64,000 nt of DNA from an uncultured Asticcacaulis sp. (GTDB lineage: Bacteria > Pseudomonadota > Alphaproteobacteria > Caulobacterales > Caulobacteraceae), in the NCBI GenBank assembly GCA_936940865.1, contig CAKZJB010000081.1, forward strand, positions 6,899 to 70,898. The letters are read 5' to 3'. The notes beneath the pieces are model-generated. The model was not told the DNA's origin, did no database searches, and saw only the letters and a program-made list of their open reading frames with translations. Of the stretch, positions 36,146 to 43,593 are shown in pieces (the first letter of the stretch is position 1; each line of letters starts with the position of its first letter). A program made the translations under genes and the position numbers.

Positions 36146-37078
36146 ATGGCGCTGGCGATCGAGCTGTCGGTAGTGGTCGTGGCGGTCGCCGACAACGAAG
36201 CCGTCGTCCTGTGCCGCAACCTGCCGCGCGGCGCCGATGGCCCGGCCTATGCCCTGCCGTCGGGTCCCTTCGTGCCGAAAAGCCACCGCACCTTCGACCT
36301 GGCGCTCAAGGCCTTCGTGCGCGAACAGACGGGGTTCGACATCGGCTATGTCGAGCAGCTCTACAGTTTCGGCGACGTCGGCCGCGAAACCGTGCTCGAC
36401 GGCGCCAATACCGGCGATCACATCATTTCGGTCGGCTACCTGGCCCTGACCAATAACCGCGATTTTCAGGCGGGCTTCGACGCCGCCTGGGTGCCGTTCA
36501 ACCGTTTCTTTCCCTGGGAAGATTGGCGCGGCGGTGACAATGTCCCGCTCGGCCGGCTACGGCCTGCCCTCGACGCCTGGGTGGCGGCGGACGAAACGGG
36601 CGTCAGGGCCCCGCGTGTCGAGACCCTGTTCCCGCGCGATTTCGACCTGTGGAACGAGGAGCGCGTGCTCGACCGATACGAGCTCCTGTACGACGCCGGA
36701 CTGACGCGCGAAGCCCGCCGGGCGCGTGGCCTGCCCGACGGCGACGCTTCCAGCGGCGAGCCCATGGCGTCGGACCACCGCCGTATCGCGGCCACCGGTC
36801 TGTCGCGGCTGCGTGGCAAGCTGAAATACCGGCCCGTGATTTTCGAACTGATGCCCGAGCGCTTTACCCTTCTTGAATTGCAGCGCTCGCTCGAAGCCCT
36901 GTCGGGGATCAGCCTGCACAAGCAGAACTTCCGCCGCGCCCTGGAGCGGACCGGCTTCGTCACGCCGCTCGGCGCCATGCGCGTAGACACCGGCGGGCGC
37001 CCGGCCGAACTGCACAGCTATAACCGCGAGCAGTTCCGTTTCAGTCCGTCCCTAGGTCTGAGTTTGCCGCGGGCATAA
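36146..37078 (+). CDS. Nudix-like plus winged-helix protein (NrtR-family-like regulator), Nudix box degenerate
   Basis: N-terminal Nudix fold with the motif reduced to ALKAFVREQTGF. C-terminal FTLLELQRSLEALSGISLHKQNFRRALERTGFV resembles the NrtR wHTH. RBS GGGGAA. It starts 3 nt after the HD gene. Confidence 0.6.
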   Translation: MALAIELSVVVVAVADNEAVVLCRNLPRGADGPAYALPSGPFVPKSHRTFDLALKAFVREQTGFDIGYVEQLYSFGDVGRETVLDGANTGDHIISVGYLALTNNRDFQAGFDAAWVPFNRFFPWEDWRGGDNVPLGRLRPALDAWVAADETGVRAPRVETLFPRDFDLWNEERVLDRYELLYDAGLTREARRARGLPDGDASSGEPMASDHRRIAATGLSRLRGKLKYRPVIFELMPERFTLLELQRSLEALSGISLHKQNFRRALERTGFVTPLGAMRVDTGGRPAELHSYNREQFRFSPSLGLSLPRA

Positions 37079-37236
37079 GGTTTTTGTCACGGATAAGGCA
37101 CGGATAGGCGCTGCGCGCCACACGGATAACGAAGCGCGAAGCGCATTCCAGTCTGCAACGGTCTCCTTGGAAGACACCCGCGATGAAATCCGTACCGCCG
37201 CGAAGCGGCGATCCGTGCCATCCGTGGCAAAAACCT
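37078..37236. repeat. CACGGAT-type MITE-like element, second copy
   Basis: AAGGTTTTTGTCACGGATAAGGCACGGAT...ATCCGTGCCATCCGTGGCAAAAACCTT. It aligns along its length with 34361-34510, including GGCGCTGCGCGCC and CCGCCGCGAAGCGGCGATCCGTG. Confidence 0.75.
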
Positions 37237-37278
37237 TAGAGATCGCCACGCATATGAACCGGGCCGCTCAAAATAAAA

Positions 37279-37383
37279 ATCTGTGAAATCTGTGAAATCT
37301 ATGGACCTCTTCCTTAAATCTCCGCACCACGCGCAGCATAAAAGAAGAAGGGCAATCCACAGATTACACAGATTTCACAGATT
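37279..37383. repeat. CACAGAT-type MITE-like element, short copy
   Basis: Left TIR ATCTGTGAAATCTGTGAAATCTATGGA. The right end ATCCACAGATTACACAGATTTCACAGATT (37355-37383) is identical to the 29-mers at 34329 and 46880. Confidence 0.75.
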
Positions 37384-37423
37384 AGATTTCCGAGTTCGGA
37401 CGCCGAACCGCAGTTATATCGAA

Positions 37424-38128
37424 CTATTGAAGGCGCGCCAGGCGCGCGGCCTGCGACATCCAGTTTTCACGAACGATACGCTTCGGGAAGCGCACGCGGT
37501 TCGAAATCCACGCCACGTTTTCGGGCGTCCAGCCGGCGATCTGCCAGTAGTGATAGATGCCGAGCGCATTCAGTTCCTGCTGGTTGCCGGGGCCGATGCC
37601 TGAAATCACCGTCAGGTCATCGACCGGACCGCGCGGGCTGTCCAGGCGCATGGGCTCAAGCCCGCTGCCCGCCTGCTGCACCGCGGCTTCGACGCTGTCG
37701 GGCGTCATGCTGGCCAGGCTCGACACCCGCCCACGCAGGTTGGGATCGAGACGGACCGGCGAAGGCGCGGGCGACGGCGCAAAGCGCGAGGCAGCCATGT
37801 CGAAGGCATAGGCCGGGCGGTCGTCACGCCTGGGCTGGGGCTGGGGTTGGGGTTGGGGTTGGGGCACAGTTTCGGCCTTGGGATCAGGCGCCACAGGCAT
37901 CTTGAACGGCACGACCACGCCCGAGGTGAACTGCTCTGCCGCCTTGGCGACATCGTACTGATAGACTTCGGGTTCGCTCACCGGCGCCGCTTCGTCGACG
38001 GGCACCTCGTCGAACACGCTGATGCGCCGGGCGGCCTTGCGCTTGCCGGCCAGGAGCCAGCCGATCGCGGCGAAGATCGCAAAAGCCGCGACAAGCAATG
38101 CGGCCGATTCTGCAGCCATGGTCAGCAT
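37424..38128 (-). CDS. Membrane-anchored protein with a PQ repeat and a C-terminal helix-hairpin-helix (COG3743-like) domain
   Basis: N-terminal TM AALLVAAFAIFAAIGWLLA, a (PQ)5 tract, and C-terminal DLTVISGIGPGNQQELNALGIYHYWQIAGW. Confidence 0.55.
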   Translation of the reverse strand: MLTMAAESAALLVAAFAIFAAIGWLLAGKRKAARRISVFDEVPVDEAAPVSEPEVYQYDVAKAAEQFTSGVVVPFKMPVAPDPKAETVPQPQPQPQPQPRRDDRPAYAFDMAASRFAPSPAPSPVRLDPNLRGRVSSLASMTPDSVEAAVQQAGSGLEPMRLDSPRGPVDDLTVISGIGPGNQQELNALGIYHYWQIAGWTPENVAWISNRVRFPKRIVRENWMSQAARLARLQ

Positions 38129-38137
38129 GACAATTCC

Positions 38138-38230
38138 CTACCCTAACTTCCGCGCGACAAAACCGGTGAGAAGGCCCAAGCCCGCCGCTCCCAGCAGCAG
38201 CCAACGCAGTTCGATGATCAGATGCAGCAC
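38138..38230 (-). CDS. Possible 30-aa single-TM micro-protein
   Basis: GTG 38230 lies 5 nt after GGGGG, directly behind the OmpA-like stop. It would encode VLHLIIELRWLLLGAAGLGLLTGFVARKLG. Its TAG stop is 9 nt before the next ATG. It is too short for the ORF track. Confidence 0.3.
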   Translation of the reverse strand: MLHLIIELRWLLLGAAGLGLLTGFVARKLG

Positions 38231-38240
38231 AACAGCCCCC

Positions 38241-39098
38241 TTAGTCGTTGGACACGAGGATGACGACGCGGCGGTTTTCCGCGCGGCCTTCCGGCGTCGA
38301 ATTGTCGGCGATGGGCGCGGCGGCGCCATAGCCCGCGGCCACGACACGCTCGGCCGGCAGGCCGCGCTTGACCAGGGCATCGGCCGCGGCCTGCGCCCGC
38401 GCCTTTGAAATCAGCTGGTTGGCGACAGCGTCGCCGGCATTGTCGGTATAGCCCGCCACCGTGACCTTGAGCGTGCTGGGACAGGTCGCCAGGACCTTAT
38501 AGACATCATCCAGTACAGGCTGGCTGTCCGGCGTCAGTTCGTAGCCGCCGAAAACATAGCTGAGCTTGCGCGTGCCCATGGCCCTGTAGACGCGTTCCTC
38601 GCACCCCTGCGCGGCGTTGTTGCTGATCGGCATGGGGTCGCCGCCGGCCACGGCCGGGCGATCGTTCGACAGGCTGTCGATGCTGGTGGCCTTTTCCCCG
38701 CTGATCGCCACGGGCGCGTCGGCGCCCCCGGCTGCCACAGGCGCGTCGGCCGCAGCCAGCATGGCCTTGGGGGCCGTATTCGGCGCCGACTCGATGACCG
38801 GCCCGACATCGATGCGGGACACGACCCTGACCCAGGGATTGCCGTCGTCGATGGCGGCGATAGCGGCCCTGGCCGAACCGAGCTTGGCTTTCGCCTGAGG
38901 ATCGTTGTCCATCGCCGTGAGCGTCACGGTCTGGCCGTCGACATGAGCGCGGACATCGTCCAGCCCCATGTCCGCCAGGGTGCGCGTCACCTTCGATCGC
39001 ACGCCTTGCTCCACCTCGGGCAAGGTCTTGTACAGACCGACCGCACCCAGCACAGCCAGGCCCGACAGCCCCAAAACCCACACTGCCTTACCACGCAT
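38241..39098 (-). CDS. OmpA/MotB-domain protein with an N-terminal BON-like region
   Basis: TM/signal MRGKAVWVLGLSGLAVLGAVGL, a BON-like VRAHVDGQTVTLTAMDND, and C-terminal VTVAGYTDNAGDAVANQLISKARAQAAADALV...NRRVVILV (OmpA_C). Confidence 0.8.
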   Translation of the reverse strand: MRGKAVWVLGLSGLAVLGAVGLYKTLPEVEQGVRSKVTRTLADMGLDDVRAHVDGQTVTLTAMDNDPQAKAKLGSARAAIAAIDDGNPWVRVVSRIDVGPVIESAPNTAPKAMLAAADAPVAAGGADAPVAISGEKATSIDSLSNDRPAVAGGDPMPISNNAAQGCEERVYRAMGTRKLSYVFGGYELTPDSQPVLDDVYKVLATCPSTLKVTVAGYTDNAGDAVANQLISKARAQAAADALVKRGLPAERVVAAGYGAAAPIADNSTPEGRAENRRVVILVSND

Positions 39099-39335
39099 GG
39101 AACACCCCTCAACTGATGCCGTGAAGGGTTTGTACCGTGTTTACTAACCGTTAACAACCGGACTCGCGCCGGCGCACCGCACAAAAATGCGCAAATGCGC
39201 GCATAGGCCGCGGGGTGTGGCGCGGCCCCCTCAGTCGTCACTGCGTGTATCGGCGGCTTAATGCCGCCAGACGCGTGGAGTACGCGACGGCGCTTCATAT
39301 ACCATGATAAGACAGGCCTTATCCTGGTATACGCC

Positions 39336-40133
39336 CTACCCCGCCCTGGCCTCTTCCATATCGGCCCGGCCCAGGGTCCTGGCGACCAGCCGGATCAGGT
39401 CCGACATGTGGAACGGCTTGGCCAGATGCTCCACGGCGCCGACATGACGCGATGCCGCCAGCACCTTGTTGGCGTCCATCTTCTCGTCCTTGCCGGCGGA
39501 CATAGCCAGCACATGGATATGCGGCCAGCCCTGGCGGATCTTCATGATGCCTTCGATCCCGCCCATGCCGGGCATGAAGATATCGCAGACCACCAGGTCC
39601 ACCATGTCGAGGTCGACGCGGGCAAAGGCCTGCTCCATGGTCTCGGCCAGCGAGATCTGATACCCCATCTCGCCCAGCACCTTGCCGATCATGTTGCGCA
39701 GGTTCTCGTTGTCCTCGACCACCAGCAGGTGCTTGGTCGACCGGCGCTCACGGTGGAAGCGCGTGGTGTCCTTGAGCAGCCCCTTCAGGCGTTCGGCGGA
39801 AAACGGCTTCTGCAGGATGAATTCGGCGCCCGCCGCGCGAGCCTGATCCATGGTAATGTCGACGGCGTGACGGCCGTAGACATTGTCGGTCATGATGGTC
39901 AGCGGCGTCGCCGGCGCGCGTTCGCGGATCTCGGGGATCAGGGCCAGCATGCTGGCCTTGCCGACATAGGCGTCGACCATCAGCAGATGGAAGCGCGTGG
40001 CGCGCATCATCGACAGCGCCATCTTCTGGTCGAACGCCAGGATGGCGCTCCACTTCTCGCGCTCGAGCATTTTCGAGATGTGCTGAGCCTGGGCTCCGTT
40101 GGCGTCCAGTACCAGTACGCTGCCTACACTCAT
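39336..40133 (-). CDS. Double-receiver (REC-REC) response regulator without an output domain
   Basis: REC1 is VLVLDANG...LLMVDAYV. REC2 is LLVVEDNENL...LVVCDIFMPGMGGIEG...VLAMSAG...LAKPF. Confidence 0.8.
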   Translation of the reverse strand: MSVGSVLVLDANGAQAQHISKMLEREKWSAILAFDQKMALSMMRATRFHLLMVDAYVGKASMLALIPEIRERAPATPLTIMTDNVYGRHAVDITMDQARAAGAEFILQKPFSAERLKGLLKDTTRFHRERRSTKHLLVVEDNENLRNMIGKVLGEMGYQISLAETMEQAFARVDLDMVDLVVCDIFMPGMGGIEGIMKIRQGWPHIHVLAMSAGKDEKMDANKVLAASRHVGAVEHLAKPFHMSDLIRLVARTLGRADMEEARAG

Positions 40134-40151
40134 GACTCGCTCCGGAGCCGT

Positions 40152-40171
40152 TTATCCCTATCTGTGGATAA
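40152..40171. promoter_or_regulatory. Palindrome TTATCC-N8-GGATAA containing a consensus DnaA-box 9-mer
   Basis: TTATCCCTATCTGTGGATAA. The minus strand reads TTATCCACA. It lies 19-38 nt upstream of ATG 40133, inside an AT-rich spacer. Confidence 0.35.
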
Positions 40172-40320
40172 AATTAAAGTCAAAGTCGTTAAAAAGTCTG
40201 TAACGATCAAGTCTAGCCAGCCCCGAAGCGATAGACGGAAACGTGTGAAGTGGTTTTCCGCTCGAAGATCGCGACAAAAAGATAAAGAGTCTCGATTTGA
40301 TACAACAGGTCAGACCGGAC

Positions 40321-41106
40321 TTAAGCGGCCGATGACTTTTCGCTCAGGACCGCTTCGACCAGAATGACCACGTCCGATGCCGTAAAGGGCTTGGGCAAAA
40401 GCGCGTGCGCCCCCATGTGCCGGGCAGCGGAGAGGACCTGGGTATTGGCAACCTTCTGCTCGACGCCGGCAGACATGGCGACGATGGATACGTCCGGCCA
40501 GGTCGACTTGATGATCTGGATGCCTTCTATGCCGCCCATGCCCGGCATGAAGATGTCGGTGATGACGATATCGACGTGGGCGATGTCGACGCGCTCGAAC
40601 GCCTCTTCCATCGACCGCGCCTCGCTGATGCGATAGCCTTCTTCGGCCAGCGCCATGGTCGTCAGCTTGCGGACGACCCGGCAGTCGTCGACCACCAGTA
40701 TGTGTTTCGGCCGGACCGGCGCCTTGCGCATGCGCGCGGTCTCTTCGAGAATGGCACTCAGGGTTTCGGGGCCGAACGGCTTGGGCACGACGAAATCCGC
40801 CTGGGCGCGTCGCGCGGCGTTGAGCGTGTCATGAAGCGCGGCGCCGCCGGCGCCGCCGGCCGTCATGATGGCCACGGGCACGCCCGGCGCCAGCTGGCGG
40901 ATCTCTGGCAGGTGCATCAGCGTATTGCCACCTTCGAGATAGACGTCGAACAGCAGAAGGTCGACGCGGCTGGAGCGCAGTTGCGCAAAGGCGCTCTTGT
41001 GGTCGAACACGAGAATGGCCGACCAGCCCAGATTGGCCAGCAGCCGCGAGATGAGTTGCGCCTGTGTACGGCTGTCTTCAAGGACCAGGACGGTGCCTTT
41101 CGACAT
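40321..41106 (-). CDS. Double-receiver (REC-REC) response regulator, paralog of 39336-40133
   Basis: MSKGTVLVLEDSRTQ...LLLFDVYL and ILVVDDCRVV...IVITDIFMPGMGGIEG...IVAMSAG...LPKPF. ATG 41106 with GAGGGGA upstream. Confidence 0.8.
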   Translation of the reverse strand: MSKGTVLVLEDSRTQAQLISRLLANLGWSAILVFDHKSAFAQLRSSRVDLLLFDVYLEGGNTLMHLPEIRQLAPGVPVAIMTAGGAGGAALHDTLNAARRAQADFVVPKPFGPETLSAILEETARMRKAPVRPKHILVVDDCRVVRKLTTMALAEEGYRISEARSMEEAFERVDIAHVDIVITDIFMPGMGGIEGIQIIKSTWPDVSIVAMSAGVEQKVANTQVLSAARHMGAHALLPKPFTASDVVILVEAVLSEKSSAA

Positions 41107-41274
41107 GATGATATCCCCTCGATTATATTTATTTTTGACGCCGGCACTTTTGCCGCCGCTTCGATACGCTACTCCCATAACGCTCGAACTCTTGCCGCTA
41201 TTGCCAGCCTTCGTCGAAGCCGCCTATATCGGTGAGGTCTTCCCATCATAACCGGCAACTGTAAAAAAAACGTC

Positions 41275-42060
41275 ATGCTTACCCTGCTCTCCCCCGCCAA
41301 GTCTTTGGACACATCGCCCGTGGATGGCGCGCCGGCTGCGACAGCGCCGCTCTTTCCGGACGAGACGGCGAAGCTTCTGGCCAAAATGAAGACGCTCAAA
41401 CCGGCGGCAATCGGCAAGCTGATGGACATTTCCAAGGCGTTGTCGGAGTTGAATTACAGTCGCTACCAGGGTTTCGAAGCTCAGGGGGAGATGAGCGCGG
41501 TCTTCCTGTTCGACGGCGACGTTTATGATGGCCTGCAGGCGCGTATGCTCGACGCCGGCGGACTTGCATGGGCGCAGGACCATGTCCGCATCCTTTCCGG
41601 GCTTTACGGGGTGCTGCGCCCGCTCGACGCCATCCGCCCCTATCGCCTGGAAATGGGCACGCAGTTGAAGGTCGGGCGCGCCAATTCCCTCTACGCTTTC
41701 TGGGCCGACAAGCTGGCCAAGGCCCTCACCGCCGAAAGCCGGGCGCAAGGGTCGGACGCCATCGTCAATCTGGCCAGCACCGAATATTCGCGCGCGGCGC
41801 TGACGCCGGCGTTGAAGCTCAAGGTGATCAGTCCGCGCTTCCTTGAGGTCAAGGGCAACGAGGCGAAGATCATCTCCTTCTTCGCCAAGAAGGCGCGCGG
41901 CCTGATGGCGCGCTATATGGTCGATCACCGCATCGACCGCGTCGAAGGCCTGAAGGACTTCAAGGTCGCCGGCTACACGTTCCGCGCCGACCTGTCGAAG
42001 GAAGGGGATTGGGTATTCAGCCGCCCACAGCCCGAGCCGGTGTCGGCAAAAGCCGCCTAA
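41275..42060 (+). CDS. yaaA: Peroxide-stress protein YaaA (DUF328/UPF0246)
   Basis: The MLTLLSPAKSLD N-terminus and overall length are typical of YaaA. Confidence 0.85.
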   Translation: MLTLLSPAKSLDTSPVDGAPAATAPLFPDETAKLLAKMKTLKPAAIGKLMDISKALSELNYSRYQGFEAQGEMSAVFLFDGDVYDGLQARMLDAGGLAWAQDHVRILSGLYGVLRPLDAIRPYRLEMGTQLKVGRANSLYAFWADKLAKALTAESRAQGSDAIVNLASTEYSRAALTPALKLKVISPRFLEVKGNEAKIISFFAKKARGLMARYMVDHRIDRVEGLKDFKVAGYTFRADLSKEGDWVFSRPQPEPVSAKAA

Positions 42061-42067
42061 GTCCATC

Positions 42068-42682
42068 ATGCGCGACCTGAAAATCGTCCTGAGCGCGCCC
42101 GATCCTGAACTCGCTAATGCTTGGCAGGCTGTCTTCGAAGGCGTCTTACAGGTCGAAATCATCACGACTTCAATCCTGGACGTCGATTGCGACGCGGTAG
42201 TCAGCCCGGCGAACAGTTTCGGCTTCATGGACGGTGGCATAGACGCCATCTACTCCGAACATTTCGGCTGGGACTTGCAACTGAAACTCCGCCGCAAGAT
42301 CCTCGATCGGCATCACGGCGAACTGCTTGTAGGTGCGGCAGAAATCGTCGAAACCGGGCACGCCGTGCCGCGCTTCTTGATCGCCGCGCCGACTATGCGC
42401 GTGCCGATGGCGCTGCCGTCCGAAACGATCAATCCTTACTTGGCGACACGCGCGGCCTTTCTGACGATCCGGGCAGCGAAAGATATGACCATCCAGAGCG
42501 TCGCGTTTCCGGGGATGGGCACCGGCGTCGGACGCGTGCCGGCGGCCATCTGCGCCCGGCAGATGCGGACGGCATTCAATGAGGTCGTTCTTGGGGAATT
42601 TCGTTTGCCGCAAAGCTGGGCGGAAGCCAGCGAACGCCATCAACTCCTGTACACCGACCGCCCGAAGCGGCTGCAGTTCTAG
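42068..42682 (+). CDS. Macro-domain (ADP-ribose-binding/processing) protein
   Basis: DAVVSPANSFGFMDGGIDAIY and AFPGMGTGVGRVP correspond to the macro-domain ligand loops. Confidence 0.65.
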   Translation: MRDLKIVLSAPDPELANAWQAVFEGVLQVEIITTSILDVDCDAVVSPANSFGFMDGGIDAIYSEHFGWDLQLKLRRKILDRHHGELLVGAAEIVETGHAVPRFLIAAPTMRVPMALPSETINPYLATRAAFLTIRAAKDMTIQSVAFPGMGTGVGRVPAAICARQMRTAFNEVVLGEFRLPQSWAEASERHQLLYTDRPKRLQF

Positions 42683-43593
42683 CCGACAAAACCCGCGGCG
42701 CGTTTCAGTCTATCATTGATCGCCTCGCCGATCCCTTCGATGGGAATCGGGGCGACCTCGATCACAGGCGGATGGAACCGGTCGGCGGCGCGCAAGGCGC
42801 TGAACAGGTTGGCGGCGGCTTCATGCACATCGCGCGTTGCGCTTAACTGCACCACCGGCCCGTCATGGACGACCGGACCGAAGGCAAGATAGGCGCTGCC
42901 GGACGACGGGGTTTCAACATTGATCCTGACCGGCGCGTCGGGCGCATAGTGCAGGCTTAAGCGCCCTGGCGAGCGGTGCCCTTCGGCTTCGTCGGCGGCC
43001 AAGGGTCCGATAACCGCTTCGATCTGCGCCCGTGTCACGGCGCCGGCGCGCAAATAACGGGCATCCCCCAACAGGCTGACAACGGTTGATTCCACCCCGA
43101 CCGGGCATGCGCCGCCATCGAGCGTCACGTCGGCAAAGGCGCCGGTTTCGTCGATTGCATCGGCCGCCGTGGTCGGGCTCGGCCGGCCCGAGCGGTTGGC
43201 GGATGGCGCAACGACGCCGAAGTCCACGCCCTTCAAGACTTCCAAAGCCAGCGGATGCGCCGGCATGCGCAGGGCCACGCTATCGAGCCCGGCGCGCGCC
43301 AAGTCGCAAGCTGCCTTCGTGTCCCTGACCGGCACGACCAGGGTCAGCGGCCCCGGCCAGAAGGCTTTCGCCAGCGCGCGGGCGCGATCGTCGAAAACAC
43401 CGACGCCTTCGGCCTGCTCAAGCGTTCCGACATGAACGATCAAGGGATTGAAACGCGGCCTGCCCTTGGCTTCGAAGACCTTGATCACCGCCGCCGGATC
43501 GTCGGCGCGCGCACCGAGGCCGTAGACGGTTTCGGTCGGCAAATGGATCAGGGTCCCGGCGTTCAGCGCCCGGATTGCGTCGGCAGCATTCAT
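42679..43593 (-). CDS. L-threonylcarbamoyladenylate synthase (Sua5/YwlC/TsaC family)
   Basis: LPTETVYGLGARADDP.AV..VF.AKGRPRFNPLIVHV plus a Sua5 C-terminal domain. The ATG overlaps the upstream stop (ATGA). Confidence 0.85.
   Translation of the reverse strand: MNAADAIRALNAGTLIHLPTETVYGLGARADDPAAVIKVFEAKGRPRFNPLIVHVGTLEQAEGVGVFDDRARALAKAFWPGPLTLVVPVRDTKAACDLARAGLDSVALRMPAHPLALEVLKGVDFGVVAPSANRSGRPSPTTAADAIDETGAFADVTLDGGACPVGVESTVVSLLGDARYLRAGAVTRAQIEAVIGPLAADEAEGHRSPGRLSLHYAPDAPVRINVETPSSGSAYLAFGPVVHDGPVVQLSATRDVHEAAANLFSALRAADRFHPPVIEVAPIPIEGIGEAINDRLKRAAGFVG

Noticed and set aside
39099-39123. General-stress (EcfG-type) promoter GGAAC-N16-CGTG
   Set aside because: It has one mismatch to CGTT. 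It is oriented on the plus strand toward a region whose only credible gene is on the minus strand.
40163-40171. Replication origin, suggested by the perfect DnaA box
   Set aside because: It is a single box with no cluster of boxes, no AT-rich unwinding repeats, and none of the usual origin neighbours (dnaA, hemE).
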